A stretch of DNA of 64,000 nucleotides from Klebsormidium nitens (lineage: Eukaryota; Plantae; Klebsormidiophyceae). The notes below the pieces were generated by a model that searched no databases, was not told the DNA's origin, and saw only the letters and a program-made list of their open reading frames with translations. Shown here in pieces: positions 11,390 to 25,003 of the stretch (within the stretch, counting starts at the first letter, position 1; each line of letters opens with the position of its first letter). A program made the position numbers and the translations under genes. The DNA is taken from NCBI GenBank assembly GCA_000708835.1, contig DF237399.1, forward strand, positions 12,177 through 76,176, read 5' to 3'.

Positions 11390-14300
11390 ATGGGCTGTGT
11401 AGGATCCAAGGAGGCTTCGGAGAGCGGAGCAGGACAGAAGAAGGTGCAAAACCCTGCAGCGCAATATGGAGCCAAGACCGCGAACACAGCGGCGCAGCAG
11501 AAGAACAAGCAAGTTGAGCCTGTGGATAGCCAGAAGAGTTATAGGACGGACGACACGTCTGTTGGCAGTGGACTCGGGTCCGGTCAGAAGCCGCTTGAAA
11601 AGAACTTTGGGTTTAGCAAAAACATCGCCCTGAAGTACGACATTGAGGAGGAGATTGGAAGGGGCCACTTTGGCCACACATGTGCGGGCCGGGTGCGGAA
11701 AGGGGATAATAAGGGGCAGAGAGTGGCCATCAAAATCATCCCAAAAGCAAAGGTAGGCCGATGTCTGCCAATTTTGCCGCCGCTTTCTTTTGGAAAAAGC
11801 AACCCTTCAGAGCCATCTTAACGTTCTGCAGATCTCAGCACATGTGCAAAGTTGAGCTGCAATTGACAGTCATGGAGGCTGCACACAATTCGGTAGTTGT
11901 ACGTGCTAAGTATTGTATCTCTGCATCCTTTCCTGAGAATTTGGATCCAACATTCTCCACTTGAATTGTGGAACGTCCGCAAAAGTCAACGAGGCACCAT
12001 GGTTGATCAAGGCCATGTTGATCGCTTTGCGCCTTGTTTGAAGCACATCCATTTTTCTTCTTCAGTTAAATCCTCTTTCCCTGGCATAGAAATCTAGTTG
12101 AATTGCCAAACGAACTGCAAACTCTGGTGCAATTCTGCATAATCAGTAGCTCATTGAGCTGGTCATAAGCATTTGGGCCTTGAGGCTCCTGCTGACTGGC
12201 AACCTTTCATTTCAGAACCTGACTATCGGCACTTCATTTTCATTTGAACTCCAAGTTTGTGAGTAGTTGTAGCTGCCGCTGTAGTTGATTGCCAATGCTG
12301 GGACCGTGATTACAGAGAAGTTGACTTTAAGTTGCTCCCTCTTGTGCAGATGACATCAGCGCTGGCTGTCCAGGACGTGAAGAGGGAGGTCAAGATACTG
12401 CGGGGATTGGAGGGCCATGAGAACATCGTGAAGTACTACGATGCATACGAAGACAACGTGAACGTGTACATAGTCATGGAGTGAGTCTGCTCTGGTGTCA
12501 GTTGCTGCTGGGGGCAGATGGTAGCTTCGCGCCCTGATTTGGAGTTGAAATAATCTGGCTTCACCAGGACCACACCACTAGGAAGCTGCACACGATAGTT
12601 GCATGTCAGGGATTGCCACTTGTTTTCAAGATGAAATCTGGGGCTTGGATTCCTTTTTTGTTGCAGCGCCAGGAAGGTTGGGAATTTTGCTTTTTTGTAT
12701 CATCTAGCTGGTGGTGGAGAAGAGCGGAATATCCTTGAGGAACTGGCACGTTCTTGCTGAAGTGCCGAGTCCGCGATAAAATCCTTTCTCAAACGTAGCT
12801 CACTAAAGAACCAAGTGCACTGCTGCTGATTCAAGTTGATAAGAATGTTATGGACGACAAGTTTGCCTCGACAACTGCTTCTTGTCTCTGTAGCCTAACG
12901 ATCTGGTCTTTATTTGCTCGCTGAATTTCTATCGAGTATATTCAGGCGTTGGAGCTCAGGCATGGATTTGAGCCATCCCTCCTCTCAACTGTCTCAGTCC
13001 GGCTCGGCAATCACCACTCAGGTCACAATCTGAAGCGATGCTACTTCTCTGCTCTCAAGTCAACTGGTACAGAGCTCCCTACGCACTACTTGAGGTCCTG
13101 TCTAACCCTCTTTAAATCAACATATGCTCCCCTCTCTTCAGTCTCAATGAGCCTACAGGCACTTGGTGTTCAAGCTGCCCCATGGTATAAAAGTAGGATA
13201 AGGAACTGGACATTTCCTTTGAAAGAGAGGCGTCCGTGAATTGCCTCCGTGCAAACCTGGGTCTACTCAGGCAAGAGAGTTGAGTTCCTGGGGATCCACT
13301 TTCCGGGCATAGCAAAGCTGAGGAACGTCTCTCCCACCTATGCAACAACCGAAAATCGCCAGAGACCTGTTTGATGCAAGAGAATGGATCCTGTGGTGAG
13401 AAAATCGTGAGCATCCAACATTCTGGCTTGCAGGTTGTGCGAAGGCGGGGAGCTCTTGGACCGCATTCTTGCGCGCGGCGGCCGTTTCAGCGAGAAGGAC
13501 ACACAGGAGGTGGTGCGACAGATTCTTGGCGTCGTGGCCTGGTGCCACTTGCAAGGGGTGGTGCACAGAGACCTGAAACCGGAGGTCAGTCAGGCGGTCT
13601 CCAGATTCGTTTGCAGAGTTGCAGGGATACTGCTAGCATGAAGGACAGGGAGCTGCAAGCAGCAATAGTGGGAGGAATTCATCGTGGTCACCTCAGAGAT
13701 TGGAGGCCAAATCCCGTTAGGTGCTGAGCAGACAAAGAGGCAGAAAAAGCTAAAGTTTATCGGCGTGCTGGGTTGGGAGAGGCACTTGCATTGTTGTTTG
13801 TGCAAGAGTCTTTTGTGAGTAGGAAACGTACCGACCAGGCTTCATATACACTAGTCCAGCTTCGACACTGCTGGGTAATCACCAGGTATTTCTTGTGCCC
13901 TAATGCATCCTCTGTCCTTGTTTGGGGCCCAGCGACACACGATTGTCCGCAAGATTTCTACTGTCAGCCACTCTGAGGCTGACAATCTCGATTCTCAAAT
14001 AAGGAGTCCATAGTGGCGAAAAGAATCCCCTATGATAATGCATTCTCAGCTTTCTTCCATGCCACTGCTCCAGTGTCTGTGGCTAACTCCTCGCACACTG
14101 CTTCCGCTGCAGAACTTCTTGTACTCGACCAAGGCCGACGATGCACCACTGAAAGCGATTGATTTCGGGCTGTCAGACTTTGTGTTGCCAGGTAGGTGTC
14201 GCTCCTGAAAGCCCTTCTTTTAGAGGTGACTGTTATCATAAAAGGCCGGGGAAGCAATTGCTATCTGCTCTTAGCGTTCTCGAAGTCAAGTTGAGGCAGC

Positions 14301-17300
14301 ATCTGTAGGCAGCATTTGAAGTTTCTCACTTTACCTGGTTCCTCAAACATGATCGATAACGAAGTTGCCAAGAGTACTACCCTTGACCATCTCAAGGCCT
14401 ACGATGTTAAGCCATCACACTAACACCTGCTATACGCTTGGATATCGACCTTGGGAGGTCCAATCTACTTTCATACTCCCAGGGGCAGCAGTCATTTGAC
14501 TATCTGTACTCATCTTTGTTTTTGGAGGTTCAAAGTGGAAAGACATCTGGGAGGCGCCTACGTGTTGCCACTTGCCTCACTTTCCTCCGATTATTATGTC
14601 TCTAGCTTGATCCCTGTCGCGCAGTTGCAGAGCTGGATCGCAGATCGGGGAGGCTACGAACCGGCCTCAGCCTCCTTGGATACTGCCGCAAATTCCTGGT
14701 TTTTCCTGAAAGTTCCGGCTCATTCCTTCTCAACGTCTTCCGTGCAGACGCGAAGCTGGACGACATAGTGGGAAGCGCCTACTACGTCGCGCCCGAGGTG
14801 CTCCACCGCTGCTACAGTTACGAGGCCGACGTCTGGAGCGTGGGCGTCATCACGTACATTCTTCTGTGCGGCAGCCGGCCGTTCTGGGCGCGCACCGAGT
14901 CGGGCATCTTTCGCTCGGTCCTGCGAGCGGACCCCAACTTCGTAGACATGCCCTGGCCCAGCATCTCCACGCTCGGGAAGGACTTTGTGCGGCGGCTCAT
15001 GAGCAAGGACATCCGGCGCCGGCTCACGGCCGCGCAGGCGCTGAGTGAGTGTCTGAGCGATCGTCGTGGTTGTTTTCGAAGGCTGTGTACTGCTTTCTGG
15101 TCTTTTGGTGTATTCATCGTTCGTGTGCCCCCTTCTTGGATCCAGGTCAATGCAGACCAATTCTCGTTTGCAAAGTGCTCTCAGAACATGAGGTACTGTG
15201 GCTGGGCTTCGAACGGGAAGTCCTGTGTGCAAATTCCAGATTGCGGTTCGTTAGAAAGCGGTCACGATCACAGCGAGCTGCTCAGAGGTTCTGTCGGTCA
15301 GGAGCGGCGCTTTCGGTACCAAGCTGCAGGCGCCTCTGGATTAAGGGATATTCGCATAGCCTCCGAATCAAGGGTTATTCGCATCGCTCATCGTTCTAAG
15401 TTGAAAAGTGCTTTCAAGAAAGTCTGGACGCTTGTATGGGAGTGAAGCGCCATCAAGAACGAGGATCCCAGTTCATTTGCTTGGTTGCGGCAGTCGCCCG
15501 GTTGTTGACACCGAAGTTTCTGCTTGCAGCGCATCCCTGGTTGAAGTCTGACCGGTGCAGCCCGCCCATGGACATGGCCGTCGTGCGATCAATACGAAAG
15601 TATTCCAAGCACGGCCCGCTCAAAAAAGCGGCTCTCAGGGTGAGCATTTGATTGAGTACCATTCCGCGTCGAACAAGACGAAGTGTACGATTTGCCGTTG
15701 TGCAGTCTGAGGGGACGTGCTGGGAGGATCACAAGGTGCTTAGCCTGGCTAGCCGACCTGCTGTTTTCTTTCCCTGGTCCTGTCGTTCACGGAGGTTGCA
15801 AACCATAGTGAGTGACGGCAACGTTCCCTCTTGTGAGTGTCAAACGTCGACGTTTAGGTGGCATCGAGTCGAAGTTGCGTGCTCGCCTCTCATGGTGCAA
15901 TTGAATGTCAGCCGGTCCTATTGAGCATTTCTCTAAGGGTTAGTGAAGGCGGCCCCTTGCAAGGTACAAAAGGACGAACGTTTCAAGAGCCTTGTGTAAT
16001 TCAACACAGGTCTGAAATGTTCTACATTAAGCGACGCTAATTTGAAAGCTTCGTCTCGACCTTTCGCAGGCCGTCTCAGGGACGTTGCGGGACGAGGAAC
16101 AGGCCCACGCGCGGGTACAGTTCGCCATCTGTGACGCAGACGGCGATGGGGCGGTCACTCTTGCGGACCTGAAAGCGGTGAGCCTTCTTCTTCATACGCT
16201 TTCCCTGTTCTGTGTACCCTATACCTTTACGTGCACGTGTCCGTACTTAAACAATTAAGGTCGTTTCGAGAGCACGGTTTCGCGTGAGTTCGTAGGTTTG
16301 TATGATCAGTCCGTTGCGGTTGCTTCTCGCCCTGTGACACGTGTAGCGGGGCCACGTGTCTAAGCGCTTGAAGTCGATTTTTCGTCCACTTGACGGATAT
16401 TGTTGGACTACAACCAACGGTATTTCGCATTCTGTGTCTTTTTTTCCCGTCCCCTTCTGTCCTGCCCTCTGGCTCAACCATAGAGCGTCTCCTCAGGCGT
16501 CTGTATTTGCAGCGCCAAAACTTCTATCTGTGACCTCTGTAACTCCCGTTCTTTCCCTTTTCTCTTTACATCGAAGGACAGATTCAGCTAACCTTTTCCT
16601 CGCCCCCTGCAGTCTGTGGCGAAGTTCTCGACAGAAGCGATGCGGGAGTCCAGGGGGATGGACCACTTTCTGTCGGTGAGCCTTGCCGCCCTCTAACCCG
16701 CTCTTTTTCTGTCTGATCTTGACGACTTTGCAGTTGCGAGGCTTAGATTTTCAATCTGCGAGTTTCCGTCGCTTTCTTTGAACGAACTGTGCCAAAAGTC
16801 AAGCCTTTTTGAGCCCTCCGCTAGCGTTCCGTTGGGAAGGGAACGGAAAGATGGTGGCGGAGTTCATGGTTGCTGAGGTCATCCTCAGCATGCATTCGCA
16901 GCGACTGTGGGTTCCCTCGACTTCGACATCTTCTGCGCTGCTCTATGTCACCAGCATCACTTGTGCTGGCGTATGCATGACGCCGTCTCCCGTTGGCTGA
17001 CGTCACTGCCCGTCTGCTTTCATAAGCTGGACGCAGCGGCGGTGGGGCACCTCCACTCCGACAGCTTCAGCGCAGCGCTTGAAGATAAAAGCAGCTTTGT
17101 TGAGTCTTTGTGCTGACTTGTGCTGACGTCATCACCCGTCTTTTTATCCAGATGGACGCAGCGGCCGTTGGGCGCCTCGATTTCGAGAATTTCAGCGCGG
17201 CGATCGCGAACGTGCACCAGCTGCAGCAGAGCGGCGACTGGGAGAACCGGATTCGCGCGGCGTTCGAGTTCTTTGAGAAGGACGGCAACGAGTTTGTAGA

Positions 17301-17653
17301 AGCCGAGGACCTCGTCAAGGTACGCTTACTCTCAGACTCGTCCTACCAAAAAAGAATTGTACCATTCTGGCGACCACAAAGTATGCTGCTTTTCATCTGG
17401 TCGCCAGCTGCCGCCCCGATGTCCTTTTTGCGCTTTAGCATGTGAGAACGGTGCTTTGCTTTGCTCTCCTCGCATGGCCTGAAGCGGGTTGTGTACTCTG
17501 CAGGAGATAGGCCATCCTGATCCGATGCCCACCTCCACCATTATTGAAAACTTCACGCGAGAAGACGACGCGAAGCTAAATTTTGCAGAATTTGCAAAGC
17601 TATTGCGGAGTGGCTCGATGCGAAGAAGACCCCAGGTGAAAGCAACCCGATAA
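11390..17653 (+). CDS. CRK: CDPK-related protein kinase (CRK) with N-terminal acylation motif and degenerate EF-hands
   Basis: Exons 11390-11752, 12350-12480, 13434-13584, 14113-14191, 14748-15044, 15530-15639, 16070-16177, 16613-16675, 17152-17319, 17504-17653, all phase-consistent GT-AG. Motifs: [17 protein letters not shown]-loop, [42 protein letters not shown]. Confidence 0.95.
16880..17085 (+). repeat. Two echoes of acceptor plus the 5' part of CRK exon 9 in intron 8
   Basis: About 16985-17080 ([18 protein letters not shown]) and 16905-16970 ([14 protein letters not shown]) versus the real exon [18 protein letters not shown]. The upstream tgctgacgtca-like intron motif is also repeated. 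Confidence 0.8.
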
Positions 17654-19029
17654 GCAGCAGGAGTTTGAGGTGGTCAGCTTTGTAGTCCGCCGGTAGAGTA
17701 GAATGACCCGCTCCAATCCAGTAATTTGAGATTTACACGACGAAATCTTATACGGGCTAGGAGTAGCCAGTTTCTGGCACTCGGCGTCCCATTAGTGATT
17801 GTAGATACTTGAGAGGCAGTCAAGGGCCATTACAGGCCGTAGGCTCATCCCACTGTTGTCGTCCAAGATATCCGATCATCAAGGGACAAACTTAGCAGGA
17901 TCGACTCCCTAATAAATGATACTTTCGATGTTGCAATTGCAGTTTCGTATTCTAACCCAGATCCTGTGGCATGAGAGAAATTAATGCTCGTACTGCCGGG
18001 AGCGTAGGCCCAGCTGCTATTCCCACGTTATGTAGTTGCAGCATGGATTTCAAAGTGACATAATTCGATCCGAAGCTAGCAGTTAATTTCATTTTTATAC
18101 GTTGAAGATCCTAACGTAGACGATGAAAAGCTTGCAAGTGGTTCAATTCCTTTGGAAATCCAACTGAGTTCCGCGTGCCAGCCAGCACACTAATCTTTAT
18201 CACGTCCCTGCCCTTGAATCGGGTACATGTTTACCATCTGGCAAGAAATATATCTTGTATATGATCGAGCTAGCTGAGCTGCATGATTTCAATTGTCGTG
18301 TATACTTCCTGTCCTGCACGCCGGCCTCATCAGCTGGAGCACCGGGACTATACCGTATATATTGCACACGCGGGCCCCACATGCACGCGCTTCGGTTAAT
18401 AGCGAGCTGCATGCTAAACTTAATCTGGGCAAACGGCCCGGTACCATGTGCAGCTGCCAACATGTCGCAGTGAAGGCTGCGGGGATGGGGCCGGCCCATT
18501 GCAATCGCGGGCGAAGGTTCCCACCGCAGACAAAAGAAGTGAAGGTAACTCCTGGGAGCTCTCATGATAGGGAGCCTCGAGTCTTGAACGAACTCCATTG
18601 AACGGACTGCAGCAGTGAGCATGCGCCCACACACATGAGCAAGCCTGCTCTCTCTTTCTCTCTCCAGATTCCAGTCCTCTCTCCAGATCCAGGGTCCACT
18701 GGAAGTCCTTGAAAGTTATATATTATTAAGGTCGCATTCCCAACCTTAGCACCGTCCGATCAGTCGCCTAAGGCAGAAAAACCGTTGGATCCTAGATTCC
18801 TTGCCAGATTCATTCATGTCGTCATCGACAGGTTCTGACTTCTTGAATCTTGTGTACACCTGGCTACCGGGTACATATGTGGGTACCAGGATACGTACCT
18901 ACCAGTATAGGTATGTACCTAGATACCATATGTAGGTACTACCGGTACCTAGTCAAGCTAGGTACGGTATGCAATGTGGTACCGTGGTCCGTCACCCGTA
19001 CCTACCTAGGTAGATCACAGTGTGGCATA

Positions 19030-19319
19030 CCGTAGTCCAACGTGATGATTCCGAACGATTTTATTTCGAATTATTTTCTGACAGTCCGACCAGGAAAGCG
19101 AACTTAGTTATGCTGAATCCGACCACAATCCGAATGCCCTATGTTCTCACTCGGAAGGGGATTTTTAGGGGTATTTTGGCCGTTTTGGGGCTTCCGAGAA
19201 CCATTCCAGAATTATTAAACCGTTCCGAATTTCCACTTTCCGAACGGGAAATTCGAATTTCTGACTTTCCGAATGCCAATAATTGTTTATTTATTCGGAA
19301 TCATCACGTTGGACTACGG
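19030..19319. mobile_element. 290-bp MITE, Tc1/mariner-pogo type (TA TSD)
   Basis: Perfect 26-bp TIR CCGTAGTCCAACGTGATGATTCCGAA (19030-19055; reverse complement 19294-19319), flanked by TA at 19028-29 and 19320-21. The interior is non-coding with repeated ttccgaa-like motifs. Confidence 0.88.
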
Positions 19320-19741
19320 TATGTACCTACCGTACGTGGGTACCTGAAAGCCGGAAACGCGCGGTGATCACCCTAAAGTTTTGTCAGTGAGCCTGGAACC
19401 TGTACCGTGCTACTACCTACCGTACCCAGGCGTTTCTGCACGAGAGGACTTGAGGAAGCACTGGTGAACGTCCTAGGTACTCAACCCCTTTGATTTGCTT
19501 ACACTACACTTGTCATAGACTCTTGCACGTCTGCTTCCTGTAACCTTGAAGTTGTAAGGGTTCCGTTTCTCGCTGGCTCTGTCTCTCGCCGGGTGGTTCT
19601 TCGTCCACTCGATTACACTTCTTGCTTGACATTGTTTTACTTTGCGTTGGCTTGACTTTTTGATATCGAATTGTTGTTGTTATTGTTTTAGTAGGTCGAT
19701 GACAGAGTGGCTGCGGTGCCGGCAATGAGCACACCACCACC

Positions 19742-22700
19742 ATGAAGTGGGCGCCTTTCCGGTGGGCGTCGGCAGCCCTCCTTTTGGTCCCCTTAGCCAC
19801 GCTTCTCGTGTTCACCCTCCAACCCCCCCCGCCCATAACCCATTTTGGGGATGGTGGGCTCCTGGGGGGCCCACCCTCCTCGGAAGATGTCCCGCGGTTC
19901 AACTTGAACATGTCCCACTTCGGGGGAGGGGGCACCGCTGACTTGTTAGCCCAGGCGGTGGTATTGTCGGAAGAGATGCAGCGCTCGGGGCGGCGGTTGA
20001 GGGCACAACTAGCGCGGGAGGAAAAGAAGCTGGCGGCGGGGGCGCTGCAGAAACTAGATATGGGCGCTTTGGCGGGGGTGAACCAGGGGGAGCAACGAGG
20101 CGTGGTCCCGATTGTGTACGTAGCGACGGAGCTGTCGCCGCTGCTGGTTGCCTGCGTCCGGACAACGCGCATGTGAGGACCCGTCTTGCCACAAAAACTC
20201 CGAGCTCATGTGGCAGTCATTGCTGTTTCTTTGGACACAAAACTTGAGCTCGTATAAGGCCTTCTGGGTCGCCAGAGATGGAGCTCACTCGAGGTCGCTG
20301 TTACTGACACCACATAGAGTTGCCCAGTGTTCACTGGTTTTCTGGCGATGCCGTAGGTTGCAAGGAGATCTTAGACATGAGGTTCTTCGAAAATTTTCGT
20401 TAGGTCATGTGTCCTTCCGGACATAGTGGTGGTTGTGCTTTCCAAGGGGGTGGTTGAGTCTTCAAATTGCAGGTCCAGTAAGCCCAAAGATTGTGTTCCA
20501 TTAGCAGAAGACGGTTAAGCTCACTTCTCCAAGCACTGCTTGTTAAAGTCAGCTGGCTGCCTTTGCAAGTCCCAATGTCGCATCAGAAAAGTGGTAACTG
20601 GAGAAGTGTCAAGAAGGTGGAGGTTCATAATTCTCAGCATGCTCAATGTTCGGTTGAAGTCACGCCCTCATGATTTTTGGGGTTTCTTCCCCCCGTTGTA
20701 AACCAGGCTCCAGGACTAGTTAAGTTGTCCTATGCTGAGCCCAAACTGATTACAAGGTTCTTTGCTGGTCTTACCAAGCTGTGCAGCATGGTAATTCTCT
20801 TCTGTATTCACCAGCTAACCTAGGTGTTTTGCAGTATTTCTTCTCCTACAACACCAGGTTCTTTTGATTTATCTGGTGGGTGGATGGACCGTCAAACCCA
20901 GTGTTTAACGTGCTGGTTAAGCTCAATCCGTTTCAAGGAATCAGCCACTTGTGTGGGGCACCCATAGCATTGCAAAGAAGCTGGTCACTATGGGTTACCC
21001 CATCAAACCACAAGCTAACCGGCTATCCTTGAGTCCAAATCAAGGTGGGGGGGCATATGGCATTCGACTGGGCTCTCTCGGTCGTTTGCCCAGTCGCTGA
21101 CCCACAAGCTAACCAGCCGCAGTCAGAGCGCCATTGACTTTCCACTTCACCTTTCTGCCGGTTGATGCTCCAGACAATTGCAAAGGCGAAGATAACCACG
21201 CAAGTTTATGTTGCTCATCAACAAAAGATCAATGGCTCCCATCTCATGCCAGGTACGATCCGACGGTGCCAATCATCGTAGTGGCTAGCCTGGGGCTCCA
21301 GGCGCCAATGAAAGAGTTGACCGAAGTTCTGCAGTTGCCGCATGTGCAACTGAAGTTGCTCGAGGACTATGTGGGGGAGGGCAGCGGGTCGCACGCCTTC
21401 TCGCAAAAGTGAGTCGCCACACTAGTTCTTGGTCTCTGCTTTCAAAGTTTCAGAGCCTGGACCAGTGGAATTTCGGGCTTTGCAGCGAGTCGAATCTTTC
21501 GAAATCTTGCACATACTTATTTGCGGCTGCGTGCGCATTGAGAGCGCCTCGTTTGATTCCAAGCTCTTCAAGCAGCTTTGACATGATGGTGGCGGCACGG
21601 AAGTTGCTATTGATCGCTTGGAAATAAACATGCCGAAACATGACAAGAAGTGGACTGTTTGTACTTGGGTAAAGGATATGCTGTCTACTTTCGAGCGCTC
21701 CCTTATACTCCCTGCGAGATATTATAGATCCGATTTTGGAAGCGGGTCAAGCGCTCTGTTCGGGTCAAAATCCCTGAAGCTCCTAGAATTGATTGAGAGT
21801 TTCCAGACTTTGCCACGCAGGTACATCCATCACAGCGTGAATGGCGTGATGTACGAACAGTTTTGCTTCCAGCGATTCTTTGTGTTGAGGGACGTGGCGA
21901 TTCAGGTAGGCTTTGCTTCGCTCTCGCTGTCGTATCTTCACGTGCAGGATCGGAGTCTTGTGGGCAATCAGATCAGAAGCGATCTGAGCAAGCATTCGAA
22001 CGTACTTTTCCTTAAAGCCGCTGTCGCTGTGCGTCCGCTGTTCGTATGCAACGGCGAGGTCTCTTGAAAGAAGTCTTTGATTGACCGGTGACTAGTGGGA
22101 GATTGTTGACAAGGGCCCGTCGAGGTTGCGGAATCTGGTGGTATTCGGAGCAGCGAAGCGTCTAGAGCTTGTCTCTGCCTCGACGGTGTTGCAAAGACTC
22201 ACTGCTCGCAATCTGGAGGACCGCTTAAACGTCGGTCTTTCGTCGAGCGTAAAAGCAAAGGCCGTTCAATCGACCCAGATGGCCTTCAGCGGCCAGTGCT
22301 TGCCGCCCTTGTAAACCTTTTTCTGACGACCATCACGTTGATTGATGGGTTGAAAGAAGGGCATGTCAGCTGTGCTAAAAGTTGGCGCATCAAATTTGGA
22401 TTCAAATTTGAAGTCGCCGCGAGTAGAGTGTTTAACCACGAATCTTAAAGCAGACGAGCAGGCCTCCGGCTGTTAGCATCGCTTCAGTTACACCATGAAA
22501 AGCCTCCTCAAAGTGTCGGGAAACTGATCTCGGGCGGCGACTTAGAAGCAGGCAATTCCAACTTTGTGTGTCGCCTTTTCTCACCCATTTCGCAGCGATT
22601 CTACGTTCGCTGCCACTGCTCCGCAAAGGCTCTGCCAACGGCCCCGTAAACGAAAATTCAGCTCGTATCTCTCAATCTCGTGAGCATTCAGCCCAGTACA

Positions 22701-25003
22701 CCAGTAAGCGTTCTGCGTTCGACCAGAACCGTGAGCAGAAAGGTCACGCGCTCTGCATCCATACTCAACCCAACCCCTAAGTTACCTGTTCCAAATAGTG
22801 TTCACCAAGTTAAAGAAATAACCCTGTTCCTGTTCAGGAAGGTTTCGCCCGGGTTTTCCACGTGGACCACGACTTGGTTATCTTCGATAACCACCGAGTG
22901 TTTGTGGAACCCTGGGACGTCGATTTCATTGGGCTGGATCTGATTTCCACGCACTTTTCGGTGTGGAAGCTGCCCGTTTTGGAGCGCTTCTGCGACTACA
23001 TGCTCGACTTTTACGCGCGACCAGTAGTGAGTCTCCCTGTTCGATGCTAGCCGTTCTCTTAGCGGCTGTGTGTGCTTGTGCTTATTGTATCTCTTGATAC
23101 AATAAGCACAACCAAACGCTGCGGATGATGCTTCCCAGACACGCGTCGAAGCGTCATGGGGGTCTGTCGTCACCCAACGATTTCACGACGGGTCAGTTTG
23201 ACATTCGATATTGGTCCGCGTTGAACGAAAAGTGGAAGGCTTTTCTAGGCGCGGTTCTCCGAGCGTGACTTTGCTTAAGTGGCTTTGCGAACGTTCAGAA
23301 ACTTGGTGCTTAAACCCAACCCGGAAAGTCGGCGCCGCAATCTGAGGGCACTAACCCGCCAGGCTAGTGTTAATGACTCCCGCCCTTTCTTGGTCGATGC
23401 GGACCCTAACTCGAAAAGAGTGTCAAGACACAATGAGTGCCCCGGAAGGGGGAACTAGAGAAGCGGGGAAAGCGGGCGGAGAAGGAGGGAAGGGAAGGGG
23501 GGTGGGGACGGGACGTTGGGGCGAGGGAATAATGTGAGAAGTGATCATTATCAAGTAACACGTGGACGTTTTGGCATTGCCCCGACTATCGCCACCCAGT
23601 CTATTCCATACGATATGGGCGCTTTGTTCAACCCGATGATTTCATGGCTGGAAGGAAACCTTGAAGTTCTTAGGAGGCAACGCTCGAAGAATGTCTAGGA
23701 AACCCCAAGTCCCTCTTTGACGATGAAAGCGCTGAAGACACCTCTCAAGTACAACCAGTTCTTTCGTTTCGACTGATTGAAATCTGCTCTGTGACCCAAT
23801 TTGACGGTGCAACCCCGCTCAACCTTCACAAAATGTAAGCTCGGATCCCTGTACTCGTCATCAAAGCTGGATACACCGATTTGAAAACTCAACTTCAGAT
23901 CCCCGTACCCAAATACCAAACCTCATAATCGCCCAATTGCAGGTGCAAGTGGACGCCGGTATCCACCGGTTCGGATACGCTATGAACGCGACGTTCTACA
24001 CGTTTAGCGACATGTTCATCCTCAAAGCTTTTTTCATCGAGTCTCAAGAGGCGGGGCGGCCCGTCACTTACCACCTGCTTTTACGCGATGAACACGGGGT
24101 GCTCAAGGAGGGAGCCACGTAAGCTGGACTCATGTTTTCTAAGCGAGATTGCCATCTTCTTTGACGTTGTATTCTTGCGTTTCGCGGACTGGTGGACGTG
24201 CGAGGTTGGCTTTTGCGGACTTTTTGGACGGTGCGATTTTCAAGGTCGCGAACTTTGAAACGTTGCGAGGTCAGTTCTGGTGAAGGGTTTGTGCTATGTT
24301 TCTTAGAAGCTTTACCGATGTTGTTGCGCAAGGAGATTGAATTCTAAAAGTAGGTCTTGTTGCTGCGCTTCAAAGCCGAGTTTCATGATTGATGGAAGTT
24401 GTAAAGCCCAAAACTTCTTTGGTTTGGTGGGAAATTTTGATTCCTGCGCATACTATCAGCCTGGCAAGCCAGTGCAAATGCAGTCTTCTACAGAGAAGGA
24501 GCACGTTTACAAACCAGCGCACAGCTGATCGATCTGATTGGCTGCTTTTGAAAGCAGTCTCAACGTCGTGTGGAACCTACTGAGCTCGCTAGAACAGCGC
24601 AGTCTTGGAACCGGGATGCAAGATTGGAGTGACATCTAGCAGGCATGTTACATTTGGTATCATTGACTTTTACTGGCGGCAATGGGACGATGTGTCACTT
24701 TGTTGGAGCCCGAAGGCTGTGATGAGGCTAACGGCAGTGTGTTGATTCACGAGAATAAAAGCACAGACCTGAATATCTCCTTGCAGACCCTACCTTGCTA
24801 TAGAGCAGCTCGACCGGATCACGGGATGGCGGTGTCGTTACCGAGATTGGGAAGCTGCAGTGGAGTGGCGCGCTTTGAGTAAGGAGAGCAATCTGCCGGT
24901 GCCGTATGTCAATGGCACGTACCTGAAGGGAATTCAATTTCAAGGCAACATGTGCAAAAAAATAGCCTTGCAGGTGTTGAGCCGGGTTCTTGCTGAGAGC
25001 TAG
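19742..25003 (+). CDS. Type II membrane glycosyltransferase-like protein (GT-A, DxD motif)
   Basis: Exons 19742-20172, 21253-21408, 21821-21905, 22838-23026, 23943-24118, 24787-25003 are phase-consistent. The N-terminal TM and Pro/Gly stem are followed by YIHHSVNGVMYEQFCFQRFFVL, VFHVDHDLVIF (DxD), FSDM and GIQFQG. The gene model is firm; the enzymatic function is inferred. Confidence 0.75.

Noticed and set aside
14720-15232. Minus-strand 170-aa and 110-aa ORFs
   Set aside because: Antisense shadows of GC3-rich CRK exon 5.
20835-20990. Possible extra exon in the glycosyltransferase-like gene
   Set aside because: The phase-compatible reading ends in a stop, and exon 1 joins 21253 cleanly in frame.
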